Assembly: GCA_003194425.1 (NCBI GenBank)
Contig: PQXB01000003.1
Coordinates: 1 to 32,000 of the forward strand
Direction: 5' to 3'
DNA length: 32,000 nucleotides
Source of the DNA: Candidatus Methanophagaceae archaeon
GTDB taxonomy: Archaea > Halobacteriota > Syntropharchaeia > Alkanophagales > Methanospirareceae
In this document: positions 19,999-27,631 of the stretch, one piece after another
How positions within the stretch are numbered: the first letter of the stretch is position 1
How the letters are laid out: every line of letters begins with the position of its first letter
Notes under the pieces: generated by a model
Told to the model about the DNA's origin: nothing
Databases searched by the model: none
What the model saw: only the letters and a program-made list of their open reading frames with translations
Program-made: the position numbers and the translations under genes

Positions 19999-20355
19999 CT
20001 AAACGAAACCCTGCGCGCTCTCAATCAGCGATTTGCCGAGTTCTGAGAGCCTGTAGTAAGTTGCATTTCCGTGCTCCTTCTTCTCCACGACCCCGTGTTT
20101 GAGGAGCGAGTTCCCCGCGTCGAACCTGTTCCCCATCCCGCGCAGTCCGCCGAGGACGTTCGCGGGGTTTATCCCTGTCTTCCTCGAGATCTCCGCGGGA
20201 TACGACGCATTCGGATAACACTTATACAAAAACATCAGAATCTCGGTCCTCACTCGGCTCCTTCTAAGCGATCGAAACACCTGCTCAAATCCCCCCTTCT
20301 TCTTCTCCTTTCTCTTCTCCTTTCTCTTCTCCTTTCTCTTCCCCTTCTCTCTCAT
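19999..20355 (-). CDS. Winged-helix (ArsR/MarR-like) DNA-binding protein, copy 2, with an N-terminal KEKR repeat
   Basis: RSRVRTEILMFLYKCYPNASYPAEISRKTGINPANVLGGLRG...LLKHGVVEKKEHGNATYYRLSELGK. Paralogue of 20904..21227; they share a 102-bp perfectly identical tract. Confidence 0.7.
   Translation of the reverse strand: MREKGKRKEKRKEKRKEKKKGGFEQVFRSLRRSRVRTEILMFLYKCYPNASYPAEISRKTGINPANVLGGLRGMGNRFDAGNSLLKHGVVEKKEHGNATYYRLSELGKSLIESAQGFV
20301..20341. repeat. 12-bp tandem repeat (tcttctcctttc, 3 full copies plus a partial one) encoding KRKEKRKEKRKEK
   Basis: Read directly; in frame at the 5' end of CDS 19999..20355. Confidence 0.9.
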
Positions 20356-20369
20356 CTTGTTTCCTCCTC

Positions 20370-20624
20370 CTAAAACCAGAGCGCCCCGTAGGTCAGGTAA
20401 ATGAAGAGATACATCACGGCAAACGCAAGCGTATACAACGCCGCAGTCGCCACCGCCAAGGTTCGCGTATCCTCCAAATAACCCGCCTTCTCCAAATCAA
20501 GCACATAACGCACAGGATTAGACTCTCGCACTGTCGCTCCTGCGGTGTTCATCAACACCCTCGTCGCAAGCTCCGGGTTCTTACTAAAACACCTCCACGC
20601 ACTCCAAATCCCATTTATTTCCAT
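20370..20624 (-). CDS. Stand-alone 84-aa homologue of the C-terminal tail of the NuoL-like proteins; probable remnant of a third paralogue
   Basis: ...CFSKNPELATRV...NPVRYVLDLEKAGYLED...final TM...YLFIYLTYGALWF aligns with FSKNPTAATRI...RYEQDLEE...YLLIYLTHGVLWV (A) and with the equivalent tail of B. Confidence 0.5.
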   Translation of the reverse strand: MEINGIWSAWRCFSKNPELATRVLMNTAGATVRESNPVRYVLDLEKAGYLEDTRTLAVATAALYTLAFAVMYLFIYLTYGALWF

Positions 20625-20692
20625 TTTCCTCTCCTCTCACTCCTATTTTTTATCCCTCTCTTCTCTCCTTCTCGCCTACTTCTCGCCCTTCT

Positions 20693-20737
20693 CACTTCTT
20701 TCACTTCTCTCACTTCTCTCACTTCTCTCGCCTCTCT
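20693..20737. repeat. 9-bp tandem array (cacttctct, 3 perfect copies plus flanking variants)
   Basis: Read directly. Intergenic, inside minus-strand ORF 20615..20803, where it reads REVREVREV. Confidence 0.85.
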
Positions 20738-20769
20738 TGCCTCTCCCCTTTCGCCCTTTTCCAACAAAC

Positions 20770-20807
20770 ACATATGTTCTAACATATGTAATAGTATATG
20801 CATATGT
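20770..20807. promoter_or_regulatory. Cluster of palindromic ACATATGT motifs (2 perfect, 1 at 7/8); candidate protein-binding site
   Basis: ACATATGT at 20770-20777 and 20782-20789; gCATATGT at 20800-20807. They sit in an A/T-rich patch between wHTH copy 1 and the tail remnant. Confidence 0.3.
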
Positions 20808-20903
20808 CTTAAAAAGATTTTCGCTTTTTTTCTATTCTATTTTCTATGAAACCCGAAAAAATCCAAGAAATCGCAAAAACCGAAATTGACCTAAAAAACT
20901 ACT

Positions 20904-21227
20904 CTAACTCTTCTGTATGCTTTCTATTAGCGATTTGCCGAGTTCTGAGAGCCTGTAGTAAGTTGCATTTCCGTGCTCCTTCTTCTCCACGACCCCGTGT
21001 TTGAGGAGCGAGTTCCCCGCGTCGAACCTGCCCCCCATCCCGCGCAGCCCGCCGAGAATATTTGTAGGGTCGATCCCGGTGTTCCTTGAGATCTCCGCGG
21101 GATACGACGCATTTGGATAAATTTTATAAAGAAACATCACGATTTCCGTCCTCACCCTGCTCCTCCTGAGAGAACGCAAAATCTCCTCAAACCGCACTTC
21201 TTCGCTCCCCTCGCTTCCCTCAGTCAT
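20904..21227 (-). CDS. Winged-helix (ArsR/MarR-like) DNA-binding protein, copy 1
   Basis: RSRVRTEIVMFLYKIYPNASYPAEISRNTGIDPTNILGGLRG...LLKHGVVEKKEHGNATYYRLSELGK. 107 aa. Confidence 0.7.
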   Translation of the reverse strand: MTEGSEGSEEVRFEEILRSLRRSRVRTEIVMFLYKIYPNASYPAEISRNTGIDPTNILGGLRGMGGRFDAGNSLLKHGVVEKKEHGNATYYRLSELGKSLIESIQKS

Positions 21228-21269
21228 TCCTTTCCCTCCTCCCGCTCTGTCATTCCTTTCCCTCCTCCC
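21223..21269. repeat. 26-bp-period duplication (21-nt perfect core gtcattcctttccctcctccc x2) that includes the wHTH copy 1 start codon
   Basis: Cores at 21223-21243 and 21249-21269. The upstream copy creates a 9-codon uORF (ATG 21253) whose TGA overlaps the genuine ATG (21227) as ATGA. Confidence 0.85.
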
Positions 21270-21644
21270 TCACTCCCCAAAAAGTTTTTCAAGCACATCA
21301 AATAGATTTTTTACCGTGAACGGCTTCCACAAGTATTCTTCAGCCCCCGCGTCCAGCGCCGCGTTCCTCTGATCCGGCGTGCCCAACGCCGTAATTGCGA
21401 CAATCAAAGCCTCTGGGTCGTGCTTTTTTATCTCCTTTATCGCCTGAATCCCGTCCATCACTTCCATCACCAAATCCATCGTAACAAGGTCAGGCTTCAA
21501 TTCCTTGTACTTCTCCACAGCCTCCAGTCCGTTCTCCGCAAAGCCCACCACCTCGTATTTCCCCCCTGCCTGCTCCAGCATTTCGACCAGCATCTCCCGC
21601 ATATACGCCGCGTCTTCCACAATCAAAATCCTTTTCTTCTCCAT
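21270..21644 (-). CDS. Single-domain CheY-like response regulator (receiver only)
   Basis: RILIVEDAAYMRE...KPDLVTMDLVMEVMDG...ITALG...YLWKPF. 124 aa with no output domain. Confidence 0.88.
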   Translation of the reverse strand: MEKKRILIVEDAAYMREMLVEMLEQAGGKYEVVGFAENGLEAVEKYKELKPDLVTMDLVMEVMDGIQAIKEIKKHDPEALIVAITALGTPDQRNAALDAGAEEYLWKPFTVKNLFDVLEKLFGE

Positions 21645-21654
21645 CTTCTTTCTC

Positions 21655-21786
21655 CTTCGCCCTCTTCTTCGCCCTCTTCTTCTCCCTCCCTCCTTTCCAC
21701 CCTCTTGTCCCCTCTCCTTTCCACCCTCCTGTCCCCTCTCCTTTCCTCCTTCCTTTCCCCTCTCCTTTCCCCCCTCGCTCTCCTTC
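21655..21786. repeat. Composite tandem arrays filling the HK-RR spacer: 12 bp x2 (21655-21678) and a 24-bp period x~4 (21691-21786)
   Basis: cttcgccctctt x2. tcctttccaccctcttgtcccctc is followed by copies with 1 or more substitutions. The sequence is purine-rich on the transcribed (minus) strand. Confidence 0.85.
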
Positions 21787-21827
21787 TCTCTGCTCCCGTC
21801 TTCATTCCCCTTTATTTATCTTTGTCC

Positions 21828-24128
21828 TTACCTTTGTCGTTTTGGGATTATAAAAAAGAATTTTGAGCCTTTCCCGAGTTCGCTCGTCGCCCAGACCCTC
21901 CCGCCGTGCAATTTTACATACTCCTTAACAATTGATAAACCCAGTCCGAGACTGCCTGACTTCCGCGTTAGCGAGGTGTCGACCATATAAAACCGCTCAA
22001 AAATCTTCGGCAGATCCTCCGCGGGAATTCCAATCCCTGTGTCCGCAACGCAGCACCGCACTTCTTCGCCCCTGTCTTCTACCCTGTCAACCCTGATCTC
22101 AATTCTACCGCCAGAGGGTGTGTATTTAATTGCGTTGGAAATCAGGTTAGAGAAGACCGCGACCACCTGCTGCTTGTCCGCCTGAATCACTTCTCCTACC
22201 TCCGAGACGACGGTGGAGATTTTTTGTTCCTTCTTCGCTGCCTCGGGTTCGAAGCCCTTAACCACTTCCTGCACCACATCCGAAAGCGAGAACTCCTTCA
22301 AATTTAACTTTATTTTCCTGCTGTCAATCCGCGCAAGTTCCAACATCCGATTAATCATCTTCTCAAGTTCCTTCGCACACTGCTCGATATTTTGAATGTA
22401 ACGCCGCCCCTTGTCCGGCAGTTCACAGCGCTCCAAGAGGCTTGCGTAACCCACGATCGGCGCAAGAGGGGACCGCATCTCGTGGTAAGCCACATTAAGA
22501 AACTCCCGCTTCATATCGTCCAGCTCTGTAAGTTTTTCGCAGGTCTCTCGCAGCTCGTCCTCCTTCCTCTTCAACTCTGTAATGTCAAGCAAGGAGGCAA
22601 TGCACCTTTTTGACCCCTTTCCTGCCCTTGCCTCTGGCTCTGTTTCTACCCCTGCCTCTGTCCCTGCCTCTACCTCTGCCCCTGCCTCTACCTCTGCCCC
22701 CGGAATCGGTTCTATCCAGGACTGCACATTTCGTATCTCGCCACTGCGGCTAACGAACTTGAAAGGGCAGCACGCGGGCGCTTTCCCGTCCCTCCGCTTG
22801 GCGCAGTAATTCTGCACCCGCACCCTGTCCTCGTCAGCGATGAAATCGCCCCACTTCTTCCCCCTCAGTTCGCTCCTTGAGTAGCCACTCAGAGCCTCAA
22901 ATTCCTTGTTCGCCAACGAAATCCGCCCGCCAGCCTCAATGAGACACAAAGCGGTGAGTGCATGCTCAAAAATCACCCTGTACCGCTCCTCTGCGTCCCT
23001 TAACTTCTTCTCAATCCGCTTTCGCTCGGTGATGTCTCGGAAAATCGTTAATTTTGAGACCGTGCCGTCAATGTTCCTGAGCGGCGTCTCAACGAGGTCG
23101 TAAGTCCTCTCCTTCTTGCGAGAGTGCCACTCCCACTGCACTGTCTCGCCCTTTCTGACCTCTTCCTGTTTGCACAGCGGACAGGGTGTCGTCCTGTTAT
23201 GAAAAACTTTGTAGCAGACCTCGCCAACATTGTAGCCAAAAACCTCAATTAAAGTCCTGTTCATAAACTCCACCTCGTAGTCCTTTGAGACGATGTAAAC
23301 GCCGTCAGGCAGGGTCTCAAGAATCAAATTCAGGTTGTCTCGCTCCTTCTTTATCTTCTCTCGCTCCTCCTTTTTCCTCTCCTCCAACTCCTCTTCCAAC
23401 TCCTCCTCTTTTGTTACATCTCGGCTTACACGGACGGTCCCAACCGGCACGCCGAGTTTGTCCTTTAGCAGCGCCGCGGACATTCGAATGCGAACCGGCT
23501 TTTTAGCCTTGTTTAGCACGGTCGTTCGGTAATTCTTGAGCTCCCCCTCTCGCTCCACAATTTCTGCTATTCTCTCCGCTTCGTCAGGGTCGGCGAAGAA
23601 CCTTTTGTTTGGCGTGCCGAGGACCTCTTTTGCAGTGTAGCCCATATAATCTTCCGCGGCTTTGTTCCAGGACCGCACTTTTCCGTCCAAATCCACGACG
23701 ACAATCGCGTCCGCAGAACTCGCAATAATGTTGTCCAAATAATCTTTTGTCTCTTTTAGCCGCTCCTCGCCCTTAGCCCGCTTCTCGCTCACGAGTCCGA
23801 TTGTGTACGCGACCGCGACAAAAATGACGCTCCTCTCGAGGATCCTCTCGAGGACAGCAACCGAAAGAGACGGGGTCAAAGGCGGGGTCAGAGGACAAGT
23901 AACAAGAATGTAGAATAGGCTGAGAAAAAGGGCGACATAAATCGCCTTCTTGTGGTACCACACCCCGGCTAAAAGGATGGGAATGTAGAAGAGGTGGGTG
24001 TAAACGCCTGTCTCTCCTTTAGAGGCGAAATAAACGGTCACGACAACGCAGAATAAAACACTGAAAAACAGTACAAGAAATTTACAATTCAATTTCTTTG
24101 CCAGCGTCCCCATTCTTCCTGTTTCCAC
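21828..24128 (-). CDS. Membrane-bound multi-PAS sensor histidine kinase
   Basis: N-terminal TM helices and several PAS-like segments. H-box HEMRSPL. ATPase boxes NAIKYT, DTGIGI and GSLGLGLS. Repeat-derived insert EVEAGAEVEAGTEAGVETE. Confidence 0.88.
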   Translation of the reverse strand: METGRMGTLAKKLNCKFLVLFFSVLFCVVVTVYFASKGETGVYTHLFYIPILLAGVWYHKKAIYVALFLSLFYILVTCPLTPPLTPSLSVAVLERILERSVIFVAVAYTIGLVSEKRAKGEERLKETKDYLDNIIASSADAIVVVDLDGKVRSWNKAAEDYMGYTAKEVLGTPNKRFFADPDEAERIAEIVEREGELKNYRTTVLNKAKKPVRIRMSAALLKDKLGVPVGTVRVSRDVTKEEELEEELEERKKEEREKIKKERDNLNLILETLPDGVYIVSKDYEVEFMNRTLIEVFGYNVGEVCYKVFHNRTTPCPLCKQEEVRKGETVQWEWHSRKKERTYDLVETPLRNIDGTVSKLTIFRDITERKRIEKKLRDAEERYRVIFEHALTALCLIEAGGRISLANKEFEALSGYSRSELRGKKWGDFIADEDRVRVQNYCAKRRDGKAPACCPFKFVSRSGEIRNVQSWIEPIPGAEVEAGAEVEAGTEAGVETEPEARAGKGSKRCIASLLDITELKRKEDELRETCEKLTELDDMKREFLNVAYHEMRSPLAPIVGYASLLERCELPDKGRRYIQNIEQCAKELEKMINRMLELARIDSRKIKLNLKEFSLSDVVQEVVKGFEPEAAKKEQKISTVVSEVGEVIQADKQQVVAVFSNLISNAIKYTPSGGRIEIRVDRVEDRGEEVRCCVADTGIGIPAEDLPKIFERFYMVDTSLTRKSGSLGLGLSIVKEYVKLHGGRVWATSELGKGSKFFFIIPKRQR
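22651..22698. repeat. 18-bp tandem repeat (cctgcctctacctctgcc x2 perfect, preceded by a degenerate copy) encoding the EVEAGAEVEAG insert
   Basis: Read directly; in frame in the histidine kinase gene. Confidence 0.9.
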
Positions 24129-24208
24129 CGTTTTGCAGTTAGAAATTAATTTATAAGTGTTTTATCTTTTTAAATGTAAAATAAAAGGAGAAGAGGGGAG
24201 AGAAGAAG

Positions 24209-24643
24209 ATGGGAATAGAAGCAAAAACATTAGAAGTAAGGGATGTAATGACGCCGCGGGTCGTTACCGCGGATGAGGAGACGCCGCTCACCAAAGTGTC
24301 GACCGAGATGGAGGTGGCGGGAATCGGGAGCGTTGTGATAACAAGGCAGGGAAAGCCAGTGGGGATCGTCACCGAGCGGGACATTGCACTGAATGTCATA
24401 ATGAAGGACCGAATGCCAAGCGAGGTAAAAGTGAAAGAGGTGATGTCGTCGCCGTTGGTCACGATTGACCCGTTTGCGTCGGTTGAAAAGGCGTGCGAGC
24501 TACTTGCAGAGAAGAGGATAAGACGGCTGCCGGTGGTTGAGGCGGAGGCGGAGGGAGACAGGCTTGTTGGAATTATAAGCGTGAGGAACATCTTAACGAG
24601 AAATCCTACCTCGGTGACCAAGTTTTATTACGAGGGTTCTTAA
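24209..24643 (+). CDS. CBS-domain pair protein
   Basis: Two CBS motifs (VRDVMTPRVVTA...IGSVVI...GIVTERDI and VKEVMSSPLVTI...IRRLPVV...GIISVRNI). 144 aa. Confidence 0.85.
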   Translation: MGIEAKTLEVRDVMTPRVVTADEETPLTKVSTEMEVAGIGSVVITRQGKPVGIVTERDIALNVIMKDRMPSEVKVKEVMSSPLVTIDPFASVEKACELLAEKRIRRLPVVEAEAEGDRLVGIISVRNILTRNPTSVTKFYYEGS

Positions 24644-24737
24644 AGTAGAAGAGAGCAAGCGAAGTTCTTCGCCGTTGGTCACCGTTAGGTTGGGTGTGTG
24701 AACTCGCGCTCGCGGCGGGGGACGGGTGCCGATTTAA

Positions 24738-25877
24738 TTATTCCGTGTCCTCAAACCGCTCCTCCAGCCTCTTCAACACATTCGGCAGCGTCGTGTACTC
24801 CATTTCCTCAACCGGCAGCCTGTGTGGCTCGAACGGTCCGTGCGCTCTCATATAATCCGCGACCTCTGTCGCCCTCCTCCTCGCGAGGTCAAAAGCAGGG
24901 TCGTCGAACAAGTCCGCAGTCCCCACGAGCCTGCCCTTACTCACTTGGAAGCCAGCAGCGAGAACCCGCGGCGGTCCGTCGAACCGAGTGCACTGCGAGT
25001 ACCTGAACGGAACCGGAATTATAGGTCCGTTGTGCGAGCCTCGCATCCAGCCACTAACGAGGTAAGGCAGCGAGAACGGCTCTAAAACCTCGCCCAACGC
25101 AGGCAGTCCGCCCTGCGACCGCACCAACGCCACTGGGTCGTCCTTGCCCACATATTTTCCTGCAGTGAAGAACAACTTCTCGGTGCTAACTACCGCCACC
25201 GGCTCGTCCTCTGGAATTGGGCTCGCCCCCGTGCCCTTCGGAAAGACGCGCTTTATCACATATTTGCTCTTCGCCCCAATCAACGCAAGTAGCGAGTACA
25301 ACTCCTCGGGGCACCGTAAAAAGACCTTCTTCTTCTCTTTTATGTCCCACACTTCAAAGACGAACCCGTCGTGCATCGTTGGGTCAATCACGAGCCCCGC
25401 GGTGTTGAACGGGTCTGCGAACATCTTGTAAATCGGGTAGTTGAACGCACCCGGCTCGGTCTTGTCCATCATAAACGCGACCAACGGCTCGGACCCCCGC
25501 TCTTCAAATTCCATCTCTGCAATCCCCGGTCCCATTCCGCGAATGTTCCCGCTGAACGCGTCCACGAGCAAGTCCTGACCCGCACCGTGCAACTTCAGCT
25601 CCTTCGCCACCTCGGTCGCCGCCTCAAATGTCTCCCACGCCAACCCGTGAATCTCCTCCGAGTCCGTCCCTTTCCTGTGGCTCATCAGCAACTGCAAATC
25701 GTCGCCCGCGTGCAGAACGTGGTAGCTCACGAGCAGCCCCTCGCTCTTCGCCTTCTCCATCCTCTCTCTCGCCTTCTCCTCCAACTCAGGTCGCACCGTC
25801 GAGTGCCCCGGAAATCCACCTACGTCTGCCTTTATCAAACTTACTGTTATTTTTTCCATTTTTTCCATTTTTTCCAT
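24738..25877 (-). CDS. fbp: Bifunctional fructose-1,6-bisphosphate aldolase/phosphatase (class V FBPase)
   Basis: KITVSLIKADVGGFPGHS... and collinear similarity across ~370 aa to the archaeal FBPA/P family. The N-terminus MEKMEKMEK comes from a triplicated 9-bp unit, and the ancestral start is probably ATG 25859. Confidence 0.9.
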   Translation of the reverse strand: MEKMEKMEKITVSLIKADVGGFPGHSTVRPELEEKARERMEKAKSEGLLVSYHVLHAGDDLQLLMSHRKGTDSEEIHGLAWETFEAATEVAKELKLHGAGQDLLVDAFSGNIRGMGPGIAEMEFEERGSEPLVAFMMDKTEPGAFNYPIYKMFADPFNTAGLVIDPTMHDGFVFEVWDIKEKKKVFLRCPEELYSLLALIGAKSKYVIKRVFPKGTGASPIPEDEPVAVVSTEKLFFTAGKYVGKDDPVALVRSQGGLPALGEVLEPFSLPYLVSGWMRGSHNGPIIPVPFRYSQCTRFDGPPRVLAAGFQVSKGRLVGTADLFDDPAFDLARRRATEVADYMRAHGPFEPHRLPVEEMEYTTLPNVLKRLEERFEDTE

Positions 25878-25878
25878 T
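25852..25878. repeat. 9-bp unit (ttttccatt) x3, each copy containing an in-frame ATG of the FBPA/P gene
   Basis: Perfect copies at 25852-25860, 25861-25869 and 25870-25878. Minus-strand ATGs lie at 25859, 25868 and 25877. Confidence 0.95.
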
Positions 25879-25930
25879 TTTCAGTCCTCTTATTTTTAGT
25901 TTTTAGCAAGCATAAAATTAGTTAAAGTTC

Positions 25931-26419
25931 TCACACCTCCGCTCCGAACACCCGTTCTGCCTCCTCGTCCCTGCGTTTGTGCTCTTGCTTTATCATTTCC
26001 CCGCGCTTGAAATACTGCTCTGCTTTCTCTTCTTCCCCCGTAGTTTGGTAAAGCAGCGCGAGATTGTAGCAAGCCGAGATGCCCTCGTCCATCAAATATC
26101 TGCTGAGGTTCAGCGCTGCGTTGAAGAACCCCTTCGCCATCTCGTACTGCTCCAAACTTGCGTAAGCCACGCCGCAGTCGTTGCAGACTTTAGCAAGCGT
26201 AGGACGAATCGGCTCTTTCCTCACGATTTCCTTGTAAATTTCTATCGCCTCCTCGTACCTCCCCTCACCAAGAAATTTCTCGCCAACGAGGAGCAACTCT
26301 TCCGCCGTCTTTTCTCCCTCTTCGCTCCTCTTTCCTTCCTCTTCCTCCGCTTCCCTCTTTCCCTGCATAAAATTACAAATGCCTCTTAACCTTATTAATC
26401 TGCGCAAATAAAACTTCAC
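25931..26419 (-). CDS. TPR-repeat protein
   Basis: LLLVGEKFLGEGRYEEAIEIYKEIV...GVAYASLEQYEMAKGFFNAALNL...YNLALLYQTTGEEEKAEQYFKRG gives about three TPR units. GTG 26419 overlaps the upstream stop (GTGA); an alternative ATG lies at 26368. Confidence 0.7.
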   Translation of the reverse strand: MKFYLRRLIRLRGICNFMQGKREAEEEEGKRSEEGEKTAEELLLVGEKFLGEGRYEEAIEIYKEIVRKEPIRPTLAKVCNDCGVAYASLEQYEMAKGFFNAALNLSRYLMDEGISACYNLALLYQTTGEEEKAEQYFKRGEMIKQEHKRRDEEAERVFGAEV

Positions 26420-27609
26420 CCGAGCCTGCCCGCGTCTTCTCTCACTCGCATTCTGAACGCTTTGTGCAGTTTTATAATCTCTGCTCTCCTCCGCTCGTCT
26501 GCACGCTCGAGGTTGTGAAAATACGGAATTTCAAAACCAATAAACCCACCAAACCAACTAAACCCACCAAACTCGCCACGCTTCTCTTCTTCCCTCCCAC
26601 GCTTCTTTTCTTCCCTCCAACGCTTCTCTTCTTCCCTCCGCCGCACCTCTTCAAACACTGCCCTCTTTCCGCCCCGCGCAAAAGCGTCGCACAAAACCCA
26701 AAGTGAGCCCACATTCAGAGACGCGAGCCCGACATTCGCGTAGGGAACTGCGTACTCGTTCCCGTTGAAGACGACCGCGACTCCGCCGTGCTGTGCGACC
26801 TCGCGCAGCATTTTGTAGTCGGTAATGCTGTCGCCCACCGCGATGACTTCGCTCAGCCGCACGCCCTTCGCTCTCGCGATTTTCCGCACTGCCTCCGCTT
26901 TCCGCTCGCCTCCCACCACCCGCGTCGCCCCGAGCACGTCGTAGCCCAGAGCGGGCAGTTGGCGAAAAAAGAACTCGTCCAACCGACTCACAAATCGCTC
27001 TCTCACTGCCTCGTCAATGCTGGAATAAAGTCCGATTAAGTCTTCCTCGACTTTTTCCACCAAAGAAAAAAAAGCCTCTTTCTCTCCCAGCTTCGCTCTC
27101 GCACCCTCCAAGTCCAACCTCGTGCAGACAATATTTTCCTCGGGGACCCCCAGCCTGCGACCGACATTGTAAGCGTGCTGCTCGTAGCTCGTTGAAATTA
27201 TGTAAACCTCCCACTTCTCTCCCCCCTTTCCCTCCTTTTCTCTCTCCTTTCCCTCCTTTTCTCTCTCCTTTCCCTCCTTTTCTCCACCCCCTTCCTGCAG
27301 CCGCTCAAACAACTCTCTCGCACCGTCCACCAACTTCGCACGCTCCGAGACCCGTTTTATCTCCGCCTCGGTTACGCCGTGCAGCAGGAGAAAAGGGACA
27401 ATTAAGGCGAGCGTGTCGCCGGGCTCGTAGCCTTCGCGTTCCTGAAGCGAAATAAAGTCGTCGTATTTGCTTATCGCCTCAAAGACGCGGGCTCCCTCCT
27501 TTCCTCCCTCTCCCGCCTTGCCCTCCTTTCCTACAAGTTTCATCACCTCGTAGGCGTTGTCCTGCGGCGATAAAGGTCCCTCGAGGTCAAAGAAAATTGT
27601 CCTTCGCAT
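26416..27609 (-). CDS. HAD-superfamily protein resembling the proteins annotated EhaR (energy-converting hydrogenase A subunit R)
   Basis: The N-terminus MRRTIFFDLEGPLSPQDNAYE carries the DxEGP HAD motif I position. GDSITDYKML and NGNEYA follow near the C-terminal half. Two 21-bp repeat-derived inserts. The EhaR likeness is from memory of that family's N-terminus. Confidence 0.45.
   Translation of the reverse strand: MRRTIFFDLEGPLSPQDNAYEVMKLVGKEGKAGEGGKEGARVFEAISKYDDFISLQEREGYEPGDTLALIVPFLLLHGVTEAEIKRVSERAKLVDGARELFERLQEGGGEKEGKEREKEGKEREKEGKGGEKWEVYIISTSYEQHAYNVGRRLGVPEENIVCTRLDLEGARAKLGEKEAFFSLVEKVEEDLIGLYSSIDEAVRERFVSRLDEFFFRQLPALGYDVLGATRVVGGERKAEAVRKIARAKGVRLSEVIAVGDSITDYKMLREVAQHGGVAVVFNGNEYAVPYANVGLASLNVGSLWVLCDAFARGGKRAVFEEVRRREEEKRWREEKKRGREEEKRGEFGGFSWFGGFIGFEIPYFHNLERADERRRAEIIKLHKAFRMRVREDAGRLG
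26576..26638. repeat. 21-bp tandem repeat x3 (ccacgcttctcttcttccctc, 1 mismatch per copy) encoding REEEKRW/REEKKRG/REEEKRG
   Basis: Read directly; in frame. It is preceded by an imperfect 18-bp x2 repeat (26541-26576) encoding the FGGF motifs. Confidence 0.9.
27226..27285. repeat. 21-bp tandem repeat, ~2.9 copies (ctttccctccttttctctctc), encoding EKEGKER repeats
   Basis: Read directly; in frame in CDS 26416..27609. Confidence 0.9.
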
Positions 27610-27631
27610 TTTGTTTTTCTATTAACTTTTG

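Noticed and set aside
21420-21990. Plus-strand ORFs 21420..21866 and 21505..21990 (L/S/P-rich)
   Set aside because: They are translations of the CT-rich strand of the repeat spacer and of the antisense strands of the receiver and HK genes.
24151-24621. 156-aa minus-strand ORF
   Set aside because: It is antisense to the CBS-pair gene, which has clear motifs.
25371-25925. 184-aa plus-strand ORF
   Set aside because: It is antisense to the FBP aldolase/phosphatase gene.
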